From: Paraspadella gotoi
Lineage: Eukaryota; Animalia; Chaetognatha
Direction of reading: 5' to 3'
Length of the DNA: 64,000 nucleotides
Assembly (NCBI GenBank): GCA_051294375.1
Contig: CM119268.1
Coordinates: 11,719,585 to 11,783,584, forward strand
The notes beneath the pieces were generated by a model. That model had not been told where the DNA came from and did no database searches. It saw only the letters and a list, made by a program, of their open reading frames with translations. Below, piece by piece: positions 19,901 to 32,467 of this stretch (positions within the stretch are counted from its first letter, which is position 1; each line of letters opens with the position of its first letter). Made by a program: the position numbers and the translations under genes.

Positions 19901-22900
19901 GCCCACTGGCTCAAGAATGATTGTATAATTTTTGTGGCTAATGCAAAAATTAATAAAATGTAAATTTTACAAAAATTCAGCTTTCACAACTGCGCCGGTT
20001 TAGGCTCAGCTGGTTAGAGCTGTGGTGCTAATAACGCAAGGTTGGGGTTTCGATCCCCACGTGCCAAGAATGATTGTAAATTTTTGTGTTAATGCCACAC
20101 ATCTCACCATAAGAAGTTAATTTTACAAAACTTCAGCATTTAACAACTGGCCGGTTAGCTTCAAGCGGTTAGAGCGTGGTGCTAATAACGCCAAAGGTCG
20201 TGGGCTCGATCCCCCCACTGGCCCAAGAATGATTGTATTAATTTTGGTGTAATGCCAAAATTTAATCAATGTTAATTTTAACAAAATTCAGCATTTGCAC
20301 AACGCTGTTAGCTCAGATGGTTAGAGCGTGTTGCTATAAACGCCAAGGTCGTGGTTCGAATTCCCCACTGGCCAAGATGATTGTAAATTTTTGTGGTAAT
20401 GCCAAAAATTTAATAAAATGTTTAATTGTACCAACAAATTCAGCTTTCACAATGCCGTTAGCTCAGCTGGCTTCAGAGCGTGGTGCTAAATAACGCCAAG
20501 TCGTGGGTGCGATCCCCCACTGGCAAGAATGATTGTAAATTTTTTGTGGTAATGCAAAATTTAATATAAATGTTAATTTTACAAACAATTCAGATTTCAC
20601 AACTGGCGGTTAGCCTCAGCTGGTTAGAGGCGTTGGTGCTAATAACCGCAGGTCGTGGTTCGATATCCCCACTGGCCAAGAATGATTGTAAATATTTGTG
20701 CGGTATAGCCAACAAATTTAATAAGATGTTATTTTACAAAATTCAGCATTCCAAAACTGGCGTAGCTCAGCTGGTTAGAGCGCGTGGTGCTAATAACGCC
20801 AAGGTCGTGGGTCGATTCCCCCACTGGCCAAGAATGATTGTAAATTTTTTGTTGGCTAATGCCAAAAGTTTAATAAGATGTAATTTTACCAAAATTCAGC
20901 TCTCACAACTGGCCGGTTTAGCTCAGCTGGTTACGAGCGCTGGTGCTAATAACGCCAAGTCGTGGGTTCGATCCCCCCCTGGCCAAGAATGATGGTAAAT
21001 TTTTGTGTAATGCAAGAGATTTAATAAATATGTTAATTTTACAAAATTCGCTTACCAACTGGCCGGTTAGCTCAGCTCGTTAGAGCGTGGTGCTAATAAC
21101 GCCAAGGGTGGGTTCGATCCCCCCATGGCCAAGAATGAATTGTTAATTTTTTGTGCTAATTCCAAATTTAGATAAAATGTTAAACTTTTACAAAATTCAG
21201 CTTCACAACTGCGCCGGTTAGCTCAGCTGTTAGAGCGTCGGTGCTAATAACCCAAGGTCGTGGGTTCGATACCCACTGGCCAGAAATTGATTTAAATTTT
21301 TGGGTAATTGCCAAAATTTAACTAAAATGTTAATTTACAACAAATTCAGCTTCACAACTGCCGGTTAGGCTCAGCTGGTTAGAGCGTGGTGCTAATACGC
21401 CAAGGTCATGTGGTGTCGATCCCCCCAACCTGCCAAGAATGATTTGATAATTTTGTGTAATGCCAAATTTAATAAAATGTTAATTTACAAAATTCAGCTT
21501 CACAACTGGCCGTTAGCTCAGCTGGTTGAGACGTTGCTGCTAATAACGCCAGGTCCTGGGGTTCGATCCCCCACTGGCCAAGAATGATTGTAAACTTTTT
21601 GTGGCTAATGCCAAAATTTAATAAAATGTAATGTTACAAAATTCAGCATTCACAACTGGCCGGTTAGCTCAGCTGGTAGAGCGTGGTGCCTAATAACGCC
21701 AAGGTCGTGGGTTCGATCCCCCCACTGGCCAAAGAATGATTGTATGATTTTTGTGGTAATGCCAAAATTTAATAAAATGTTAATTTTTACAAAAAATTCA
21801 GCATTTCACAACTGGCCGGTTAGCTCAGCTGGTTAAGCGTCGGTTGCAAATAACGCCAAGGTCGTGGGTTCGCATCCCCCCACTGGCCAAGAATGATGTG
21901 TATAATTTTGAGTCGCGGTATGCCAAAATTTAATTAAAATGGTTAATTTTACAAAATTCAGACAATTCACAAACTGCTCCGGTTAGCTCAGCTGGTTAGA
22001 GCGTGGTGCTAATAACGCCAAGGTCGTGGCGTCGATCCCCCCACTGGCAAGAATGATTGTAGTAATTTTTGTGGTAATGCCAAAAATTTAATAAAATGTT
22101 AATGTTATACAAAATATCAGCATTACAACTGCCGGGTTAGCTCAGCTGGTCTAGAGCGATGGTGCTAATAACGCCAAGCGTCGTGGGTTCGATCCCCCCA
22201 CTGGCCAAGAATGATTGTGTTATAATTTTTGTGTAATGCCAAAATTTAATAAAATGTGTAATTTTACAAAATCAGCATTTCACAACCTGCGCCGGTTATC
22301 TCAGCTGGTAGAGCGTGGTCTAATAACGCCAAGTCGTGGGCGTTCGATCCCCCCACTGGCCAAGAATGACTTGTATAATTTTTGTAATGCCAAAATTAAA
22401 AAATGGTTAATTTTACAAAATTCAGCATTCACAAGCTGGCCGGTTAGCTCAGCTGGTTAGAGCGTTGTAATAACGCCAAGTCGTGGCGTTCGATCCCCCC
22501 ACTTGGCCAAGAATGATCTGTATAATTTTGTGGTTAAATGCCAAAATTTAATAACAATTTTAATTACAAAATTCAGCATTCAAACTGGCCGGTTAGCTCA
22601 GCTGTTTAGGAGCGTGGTGCTAATAACGCCAAGCGTCGTAGGGTTCGATTCCCCTCATCTCTTCTTTNNNNNNNNNNNNNNNNNNNNNNNNNNNNNNNNN
22701 NNNNNNNNNNNNNNNNNNNNNNNNNNNNNNNNNNNNNNNNNNNNNNNNNNNNNNNNNNNNNNNNNNNATTTACCCTAAACTCGATAAATCTGACAGAAAA
22801 TTGTTTAAAAAAATAATTTTTCTTCTGATTTCCACAAATAATGCGTCATCCAACCTGCAACGTGACGTCGACCTTCTCCAGCGTCGGCATCTTCCCCAAG

Positions 22901-25258
22901 ATTTCGCCGGGAACGCTCTCCAACACCCCGCCGAGCACCGCCTCCTCCAGGGAGGACAAAAACATTAAGGCGAAAGGATGGAGCGACTCGAGGGCGCAGT
23001 CCCGACAGTCGAACACCCTCAGGTCAGAGTTGAAGGCAAGGTCGGCGTGGCCGATGCTGCGGACCGGGTTGGCGCGGAGGTGCAGTCGGCGAAGGGAGCG
23101 CGGGAGGTTGGGTGGGACGGAGGTGAGGTTGTTGTCGGAGAGATCCAGGACCTTGGGACGAAAAAACGGATTTGAGGTTCATTTCATTTGTCCTTTCATT
23201 TTTTTNNNNNNNNNNNNNNNNNNNNNNNNNNNNNNNNNNNNNNNNNNNNNNNNNNNNNNNNNNNNNNNNNNNNNNNNNNNNNNNNNNNNNNNNNNNNNNN
23301 NNNNNNNNNNNNNNNNNNNNNNNNNNNNNNNNNNNNNNNNNNNNNNNNNNNNNNNNNNNNNNNNNNNNNNNNNNNNNNNNNNNNNNNNNNNNNNNNNNNN
23401 NNNNNNNNNNNNNNNNNNNNNNNNNNNNNNNNNNNNNNNNNNNNNNNNNNNNNNNNNNNNNNNNNNNNNNNNNNNNNNNNNNNNNNNNNNNNNNTACTCA
23501 ATGATTGAACATGTCTTTTTGTGTCCGTAAATAACTAGTTTCAATAAAATGTATTGATTCGCCTCGAAACGATTCCGTTTGGTTTCACGATTCATTTATT
23601 CATGTGATGTCAGTCAATAGCCATTTGCTCTTAATTTTTCCCCTTCCCTCACTCGTGAGCGATTCATACCCTTAATATCATTTGGTTTTTAACTCTCTCT
23701 AGTCTTTTCGACATTTCTCTCCGCTCCCTCTCAAGTAAATTACAATCATTCCCTCATATTCAGCATTTTTCTAACGGCTGAAAGCAAATTACAATATAAC
23801 CGTATTATATCCAGGGGGATTAGCTCAAATGGTAGAACGCTCGCTTAGCATGCGAGAGGTACCGGGATCGNNNNNNNNNNNNNNNNNNNNNNNNNNNNNN
23901 NNNNNNNNNNNNNNNNNNNNNNNNNNNNNNNNNNNNNNNNNNNNNNNNNNNNNNNNNNNNNNNNNNNNNNNNNNNNNNNNNNNNNNNNNNNNNNNNNNNN
24001 NNNNNNNNNNNNNNNNNNNNNNNNNNNNNNNNNNNNNNNNNNNNNNNNNNNNNNNNNNNNNNNNNNNNNNNNNNNNNNNNNNNNNNNNNNNNNNNNNNNN
24101 NNNNNNNNNNNNNNNNNNNNNNNNNNNNNNNNNNNNNNNNNNNNNNNNNNNNNNNNNNNNNNNNNNNNNNNNNNNNNNNNNNNNNNNNNNNNNNNNNNNN
24201 NNNNNNNNNNNNNNNNNNNNNNNNNNNNNNNNNNNNNNNNNNNNNNNNNNNNNNNNNNNNNNNNNNNNNNNNNNNNNNNNNNNNNNNNNNNNNNNNNNNN
24301 NNNNNNNNNNNNGAGAATCGAGATTTAAACCTTGGAGGGTGAGGTGTCTGAGCGAAGGAAGGTTGGTGAAGGCGAAGGAGGGGACGAGTTGAAAAGGGGA
24401 GGAGGAAGAGGAAGAGGAGGAGGAGGGGGAGGAGGAAAACGCGGAGGATGTTATCTTGAGGTGAACGGTGTCGGGAGGAAACCCGGTGGGAAATGGGAGG
24501 TCTGTTCGATGTGAGAAAAAGATAATATAAATATTAATNNNNNNNNNNNNNNNNNNNNNNNNNNNNNNNNNNNNNNNNNNNNNNNNNNNNNNNNNNNNNN
24601 NNNNNNNNNNNNNNNNNNNNNNNNNNNNNNNNNNNNNNNNNNNNNNNNNNNNNNNNNNNNNNNNNNNNNNNNNNNNNNNNNNNNNNNNNNNNNNNNNNNN
24701 NNNNNNNNNNNNNNNNNNNNNNNNNNNNNNNNNNNNNNNNNNNNNNNNNNNNNNNNNNNNNNNNNNNNCGCATTCCACGAAGGGTTCCGCGTCGGGCCAT
24801 TGACTTCCCGTGCAACTGCATTGACGAGGACACGCCCCCTTCGCCTCCGCCAACTTTACGATGGAAAAAAACAAAAGAGCAATCCATATTCGGAGCGCGG
24901 TTGACGACGATGAACACGACGATGACGTAAACGAAGAGATTTTCCCTGATTCAACGCCTGTACAAGTTCTGATGTTAGAATCTCTCGAGTCTTTTTCTAT
25001 CATAGTTTTCGATTTAGACGAAATTTGTGCTAAATTTGCGGCGGTCGTTAAAGATGTAGTGGCTGCGGATTTTGAAACAGCACAGACGACATCCGCCGAA
25101 CGCGCGCGAATCAATCGAGCGCCGCCGATGGGCGGAGAAAACGCATAATCGAAATCACACGCGATGGAATCCGCGCGGCGGAGAAAACGCGGCGCGCGTA
25201 TCACGTCGTGCGCGCCGTTGCTGCCATTCGGAGGTGGAGGAGATGGTTCTACTCTCAT
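13346..25258 (-). CDS. Type I membrane protein: signal peptide, LRRNT, LRRs, LRRCT, acidic/Thr-rich stalk, TM, Tyr/Pro-rich tail with PDZ-binding motif
   Basis: Exons: about 25258-24769 (ALRIWIALLFFSIVKLAEA, CPRQCSC...VEC); about 24501-24312 (FAFTNLPSLRHLTL); 23151-22855 (VLDLSDNNLTSVPPNLPRSLRRLHLRANP); 16440-16103 (IKCSC...LDCDWPAELAAG); 15960-15283 and 15170-14301 (stalk); 14124-13929 (TM LVFVVIVVVGLVIVVVIVAILVVFYRR); 13793-13346 (...VYSTI...TTEL*). Two junctions need a 1-nt indel or an exon hidden in a gap. Start codon uncertain. Confidence 0.8.
13800..13918. repeat. (TCAA)n microsatellite filling the last intron of the LRR gene
   Basis: Direct inspection. Confidence 0.9.
16453..16565. 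repeat. Dispersed repeat of about 110 bp, copy 2
   Basis: Near-identical to 12143-12254, same orientation. Confidence 0.85.
16647..22655 (+). tRNA. Tandem array of about 40 tRNA-Ile(AAT) genes, unit about 150 bp
   Basis: Unit = 74-nt GGCCGGTTAGCTCAGCTGGTTAGAGCGTGGTGCTAATAACGCCAAGGTCGTGGGTTCGATCCCCCCACTGGCCA (anticodon AAT, A and B boxes) plus an AT-rich spacer of about 76 bp with a TTTTT Pol III terminator about 13 nt downstream. About 40 units counted by eye; the array runs into an N gap. Confidence 0.95.
18142..18215 (+). tRNA. tRNA-Ile(AAT), representative intact copy
   Basis: Acceptor stem GGCCGGT/ACTGGCC, anticodon loop CTAATAA, T-loop TTCGATC. Confidence 0.95.
23814..23870 (+). tRNA. 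tRNA-Ala(AGC), 3' end lost in gap
   Basis: GGGGGATTAGCTCAAATGGTAGAACGCTCGCTTAGCATGCGAGAGGTACCGGGATCG matches metazoan tRNA-Ala(AGC) including its GGATCG T-arm; one D-stem mismatch (GAAC instead of GAGC). Confidence 0.85.
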
Positions 25259-28200
25259 CGAGTTTTTCTTCCAAGATTTAGTTTCGTCATGGGAACGCGA
25301 CTCGGCTCCAGCGCGATAATCCGTTGAACTGGAGGTATTGGTACTGGAGCAAAGGCGGTATTTGNNNNNNNNNNNNNNNNNNNNNNNNNNNNNNNNNNNN
25401 NNNNNNNNNNNNNNNNNNNNNNNNNNNNNNNNNNNNNNNNNNNNNNNNNNNNNNNNNNNNNNNNNNNNNNNNNNNNNNNNNNNNNNNNNNNNNNNNNNNN
25501 NNNNNNNNNNNNNNNNNNNNNNNNNNNNNNNNNNNNNNNNNNNNNNNNNNNNNNNNNNNNNNNNNNNNNNNNNNNNNNNNNNNNNNNNNNNNNNNNNNNN
25601 NNNNNNNNNNNNNNNNNNNNNNNNNNNNNNNNNNNNNNNNNNNNNNNNNNNNNNNNNNNNNNNNNNNNNNNNNNNNNNNNNNNCTCTCTCTCGCGTCAAC
25701 GATCGATGACGACGAAAGCGTCAATTGTGTTCTTCGTCTTCATCGTCGTCGTCGGCGTCGTCGTCGGTTTTGAGAAACCCTTCACTTCGATAATGACTAA
25801 GATGACGATTGCAAAAGCTCTTCTTTAAANNNNNNNNNNNNNNNNNNNNNNNNNNNNNNNNNNNNNNNNNNNNNNNNNNNNNNNNNNNNNNNNNNNNNNN
25901 NNNNNNNNNNNNNNNNNNNNNNNNNNNNNNNNNNNNNNNNNNNNNNNNNNNNNNNNNNNNNNNNNNNNNNNNNNNNNNNNNNNNNNNNNNNNNNNNNNNN
26001 NNNNNNNNNNNNNNNNNNNNNNNNNNNAGAGAGAGAGAGAGAGAGAGAGAAAGACTCTTGGAGGGTGAGTTATTTGGCAGAGAGTAAGTAGATCCTCGAA
26101 TCTCCCTCGGTGGTCGAGGATATTCGATTTCCCGATTGTTCGGACGAGGATGAGAGGAGGGGAGGTAGAACTGAGTGGGCAAAAGTGGGAGTCGTGGGGG
26201 AGAATACAAAAGCGAGTCTAGACAGGAAAAGAGAGGTTTTTGAGAGGTATAAATGGAGGATGGAGAGAAGAATCGATGGAGGGTCGCGATTGGTCCATCG
26301 ATATCTGTTCTCAATGGCGAAAAACCCAAGATTAATCCTAATTTTCCGACTACTTGATGATCTAAAAAGAAAAGAAAAAAAATCAATGATTATTCAATTA
26401 TTGCTTAAAATTACAATTGTCAATTTAAAAAATGTTATCGACCATTTCAATTCACGACCGATTTATTATCGCATATTTCACTGTTTCAAAGACTCCGTTT
26501 TCACAGGGTGATATATATCATCAAGGATATTTTTTGGTCATTCGCGAGATTCGGGATAACCTCAGTCCTGGAAATTAGGACCTCCGCGTCGAACTGAAAG
26601 ATCAATCCCAAGAACCCATTCGAATTTTGGCGTTTTCTTCGTAATCCATTCAGAAAAAAAAATATGTACAAAAAGATATAATTCTTATGTCATTATATGA
26701 TAGCGGTTATCGTAACGAACCTGTTCTTCTTTATCACAGCCAAAGTCATCATCTATGTCGTTAATGTCGTCGTCCTTGTCGCCTTCGTCGTTATCGTCGT
26801 CGTCGTCGTNNNNNNNNNNNNNNNNNNNNNNNNNNNNNNNNNNNNNNNNNNNNNNNNNNNNNNNNNNNNNNNNNNNNNNNNNNNNNNNNNNNNNNNNNNN
26901 NNNNNNNNNNNNNNNNNNNNNNNNNNNNNNNNNNNNNNNNNNNNNNNNNNNNNNNNNNNNNNNNNNNNNNNNNNNNNNNNNNNNNNNNNNNNNNNNNNNN
27001 NNNNNNNNNNNNNNNNNNNNNNNNNNNNNNNNNNNNNNNCTCAAAGCAGAAAAGATACACCGGCCGGAAAAAGTCGGAGAGCGGGCAACCTTATGTTTGG
27101 AATTTTGTTTGTTTTTATTCTAGAACGGATTTTCTTTTTTTAGAGTTGCGTTAGCGATTCCCCTTTTTAAGAAACTTTTTTTTTTATTAAATCTAATCTT
27201 ATTATTTTTAAACACACATTATTTCTTTATCTACACATTTATTATAAATTCGTTTATTCATTAAACACTTTTGTTTTTGTGCGTTCTGTTTGACTTAATG
27301 ATTAAGATATTTTTAAATAAATTCTAAAAAATGTGTACTCCTAAAAAACATACCTATTTAGTGGCAATTAATCAAACTTTATTATTTACCATTTTGGCGT
27401 AAACACTTTTTTTTGTGAGGGAAGGATTGAAAAAAGTGTAGAGGAGAGAGGGAGTGAGAGAGTGAGAGACTCATTAAATGAGTAGTTTTTTTAAATTTAC
27501 GGGGAAAAGGTAATACAAACATTTCTTTCTGTCATAAACCCAAATCCAAAACCATGGACATCTCGAGATGACGAAAACAATTGTGTTAAAATGTTTCTCA
27601 AAATTATATTTTAAAATAAAACATTAAAAAAATAGTTTTTTTTCTCAATAATCGTTCGTTTGTATATTCGTTTTATTTTCGCCTGTGAGTTCGTTCGTTC
27701 GTTCGTTCGTTCGCAAGTGAGTTTCTTCGACTTTTCAGTAAGAATGAGTTTCTCCCCGTTTCTCTTTCATCGATGGAGTTTTGAAAATGATTCTCTGGTT
27801 GTAGGTCGAGTCGTCGTTTGCTTTGTTTTAAAAGTTGTTCCTTTTCTTATTTTTCTGAATAATATAAAATTACCAAAACCAAAAAGTAAATTTAGATCGG
27901 AATTTAGCGAAAGTCCAACAAAAATTTGACTTTTACGTTTTTTTCTTTTTTAAAAATACGTTCAAAATGCGTTTTAAATCAAAATTAAAAGATTCTAAGA
28001 TCGTAAACGCTCTCCCACCGAGGAAATGTGAAAGTCTGCTGTGATACCTTTTCTTTTGTCACTAAACGGTCAATTACGAACAAGAACACACGATGATGAT
28101 GACGATGACGATAACGACGATAAAGACGAAGCAAAAAAAAATTGGTGAAAACGAGAATCCAATTTTCGAGCTTCGCAAAAGAATGGAGGAGGGGAAACGG

Positions 28201-28272
28201 GGTACGAGGAGGAGAAGGAAGAGGAAGAGGAAGAGGAGGAGGAACGAGGGGGTGATGGTGGTCCGCGAGAGA

Positions 28273-28354
<82 letters not shown>

Positions 28355-28455
28355 AGAGAGAACTAAAAAGCTCTTTCATTCTCGCCCTCTCTCGGGGCCT
28401 TTTTTGAGAAGAGATAAGATGCATTGATAAGAATGACGAGCGAAACAGTTGACGC

Positions 28456-28537
<82 letters not shown>

Positions 28538-30448
28538 TCAGGTCTGACTTGAATTGGGTGATGCTTGAAAGGAATGACATAAACTTAAGCGAAGAAAACC
28601 ACAAAATCTACGACGGCGACGAAAATTAGGGTCCGCGGGGTTTATGATCCACGACGCTCTTTCCTTTCGCTTTTAGATAGTTCTCTTTAAGGCTTTTTTT
28701 TTTTCCTCTGTTTTATTAGGGTCTTTTAGAGATAAATATCACCTTAGATTTCTTAAAAATAGTTTAAAAAAGCTGACAAAAACTTTTGAAGTACTTTCTG
28801 ATTATTGAAGGAAATTTGATTTCAAGAGCCTACTCTTTTTGAATAAATGAATATCACTCTCAATTCATGCTCTTTCTGATCACCACGGATTGGAAGATTG
28901 TGGGTTTTGATTAGTTCAAGAAAATATACCTCTATTCGTTTTGGAGAAATAAATCACGTCGACATAATTTTTGGTTTTTATCAAAGCTTTTCAGAAAGAA
29001 GGCAATTTTTATTACATTTATTTTTTTAAACGATCCGCTTATGGCTAAAGGGTCTGGTTTCTAACACATTTAAATCATTGAAACTTTGGTCCTTGTTGAA
29101 TTTATTTCCGTTAAAATGAATGTTAAAAAAAAAGCAACGAAAGCTTTACGTCTGATGACAAGTCATCTTCCACAATCCTACAGCATATCGAGGAAGATGT
29201 GGATCGAACGGTTGAAGGATGACTTCACCAAAGTCTTCATCGAAGCCGTCGGTCGCAGTCGGCCGCCCTCGCCCGCCCTCGGCCGTCGAATTCAAAAAAG
29301 TACTTCCTTCTTTTCCTCTCAATTCTTTTGTTCTCGAACTCAAACTATATCTTTTTTTTTCGCCCTTTGATCCAGACTTTCTTTTTTATAAGTTTGGCGT
29401 GAAATTCTATTCCCCCGAGAATAAAAAAAAGGGAGCTCTCTCGATTCGGAAACTTACTCTCACGAAATTTGCATAAATGGAGACCCAGACTCAAAACAGA
29501 AGAGTAGATTTTTTTTTTGTTGGGTGTATTTCTCGTAATAAAAGTTGATTCTGAGAACTTTGGAAGCCGGGCGGCTCGGGGAGGCTATGCGCATAATTCC
29601 TAGTAGGCGACATTTATTTCACAATTTAGTTTGTAAACAATATAGTTTTTAGATGCGTCCCTCCAGATTTGTAACATTCTTCAACATATTTATATTAAAA
29701 TAGATTTCAATCGTTTTACTAATTGATTCCATTGGTTAAATGCGCGAGGGAAAATAATATTTTTTTATTATTGAGTTCTTTTTTTTTAAAGATAACGATC
29801 AAAATTAAACGACTGCGATGCGTCCGGGATTGATGGGAACGTTTTTTTTTTTACTTTTTGATGAGAAAACTAAGAGCAAATAATTGAACATAAACATAAC
29901 CTTTAAATCTGCTCCCAAGCAACTAAAATCATTCGATTATCACACAATCTTTTTTTCCCGCCAGAAAATTCGGTTTCAAGACTTTTTAAGGGAGTCGATG
30001 CTCCAGATTGTTTTTCTCTCATTCGTTTCTCTTTTGCTTATTATTATTATTTTTTTATTTTTCGAAAATTATTTTAAAAAATTCGACTTTGATTATTCTT
30101 TCCGTTTTCTTCATCTTCAAAAGACGCCGACTGTCCCTGAGTCTCACTCGCCCTTAATCTTTTTCTCTCTCTTTTTATTTTAACATTTCTTTATTTCGAA
30201 ATTCTCGTTTGGCTCTTTTGTCTTTTGTTTAGATTGAATCCCTTTGTTTTCTTCTTTCCGTCGCGTATATATTTTTTTTGCTTTGTTTACGTCTCAATTT
30301 CTTTTTTTCCTTTCCTCCTTACTTTTTGTCTCTCTCTCTCNNNNNNNNNNNNNNNNNNNNNNNNNNNNNNNNNNNNNNNNNNNNNNNNNNNNNNNNNNNN
30401 NNNNNNNNNNNNNNNNNNNNNNNNNNNNNNNNNNNNNNNNNNNNNNNN

Positions 30449-30486
<38 letters not shown>

Positions 30487-30762
30487 CTATCTTTTCCCAA
30501 TTCATCTGTGTTGTATCCACCCACCCTACGAGGCTACCCCTATCCCCCATCCGTCAGTCCTCGACCTCTGACCCCAACAAATCACAGTTTTCCTCTCCGC
30601 GAGGCAGAGACAAATCAACGGTATTCCCTATAACAAAGAGAAGAGGGAAGAGTAAATCCAGGACGTCCCAGTCTTTTCGCTGGTTATTCACTTGTCCGAG
30701 CAGGAACGAGGTAAGAATCTCGTCGCCGACTCGCTAAATGTTATTTTATACCTTGCAGGAAT

Positions 30763-30804
<42 letters not shown>

Positions 30805-31145
30805 CTCTTAAAGTTACGCCTGTTCCCCCTTTTTTTCTTTCCGTTAAACCCTTTATCGTTTTTCGCTTTTAAGGTGCGTCTTTCAACCTCTCGACCTGTC
30901 GCCGGTCAGTCGGTCAGTCCGTCAGTCCGTCTGTCTGACAGTCTTTTCGTCCTGTCAAGTTCACACTTTCGTTGCTATCTCGATGTTCGGGGGTCACCTC
31001 AGTTCGTTTTTTTTTGGCCGAGCTTGAAACTCAACTTACCTAAATCTCACTCGGTAACTGGGGTTTGGAACCTGGAAACCAAAACTAACAAAAACTAAGA
31101 GAAGGCTTAGGAAAAAAAGGCTAAGAAAGTGGGACGTTATTGTTT

Positions 31146-31180
<35 letters not shown>

Positions 31181-31756
31181 TATCTTACGACTTATTTGAC
31201 GAGGATTTTCTTGACAAACGGTTTGACTCTTATTTCCGCGGATCAAGACAGCTGACAACGACAATTGATAACGATGACCACGATAATGACAAACGACAAT
31301 TAATGACCGACAAAAAAAAAAAAAACGCTGACAACCAAGTGAATACAAGAAAAAGAGATTTTAGCCGGTTCACTAGCACTCAAAGATTTGTATTTTACTG
31401 GATCATAATAACCACAATCAAAGTATCGGTAAAGATTCGGGTGACTGGAGCGTTTGAGTATGAGAAAAAGTTTAGCCGCGATTAATCTGAAGAACTTATA
31501 GGCGAACTCTTCAATGTGCACCGGGCAGATTAGTTGATTTGTCAAACATAACGACCTAAAAATTAGTTTGTTTAATATTTTAACCTCCTAACTTTAAATA
31601 ACTAAAGGAACTGGGTAGACTTTTCTCTGTAGGTTTTCGCATATCCCCTCTTTTGGCGTTTGTGGTGGTAATCGCACTTTATGGATCGGCACTAATTATC
31701 ATTATCTTCAATTCGAATTAAGTGGTCATTTTTAATTCGTTCTGTCTTCGCCACTC

Positions 31757-31821
<65 letters not shown>

Positions 31822-32134
31822 CTCTCTCTCTCTCTCTCTCTCTCCATTTGCATAACTCCGTCGGGCCGAAGATTTTTAAAATATCTCGATTTGGCCCAAA
31901 AGATGAAAACTCCTTTGTCGGTGCGCGAGGCCTGGAACTGATAATGACTTTGATGAGGATAGACAGTTAGATTAAGATTAGAATATTAAGATTATTGTGG
32001 AGATTAAGATTATTAAGACTAATATTAATGGAGATAAAAATTGTATAACAGAACTCATACATACGAACTTAACCACAGGTAAATCAGAAAGAACAGAGGC
32101 TTTTTTTTATTGTGGATGTGCAGTGAGCAACTTT

Positions 32135-32467
32135 ATAACAAGGACGGTGATTCTAACGTGTTGCGCCGCAGTGATTTTATTTTCACGTGTATTTTCCTTT
32201 AATAACATGATATAATATGACATGAAATCACTAAAAAACTTTCTTTGCCGGTGTATTTATTACATGCATTGCATCAAAATTCTGTCTTTTATTCCTTATA
32301 GTTTTAGGATTTCCTAAAGGCGGCGCAAGCAGTCCCTTAGATTTTACATTTTTTCCTGTCTTAACAAATGACTTACCAACTATAGGCGAATTATATGCAT
32401 TTTTAACGTAAGTGGAACAGACCGACGGACAGACGTACCGACCGACATACCGACCGAAAAGCGACTT
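32135..32467 (-). mobile_element. Helentron-associated (HINE/DINE-1-like) non-autonomous element, 5'-truncated
   Basis: Reverse-complement homology to 47590-47935, including GCGGCGCAAC, the CTTGT end and a (GTCG/GTCC)n tract. Confidence 0.7.

Noticed and set aside
16647-22655. CRISPR-like repeat-spacer appearance
   Set aside because: The spacers are all the same sequence, the repeat is a eukaryotic tRNA, and there are no cas genes.
23825-25699. 624-aa ORF in the track
   Set aside because: It runs through N gaps; only the LRR exon parts are credible.
26730-26755. TATCACAGCC resembling the miR-2/miR-13 5' end; ATCACAG repeats at 915-990
   Set aside because: No supporting precursor hairpin; short matches are expected by chance.
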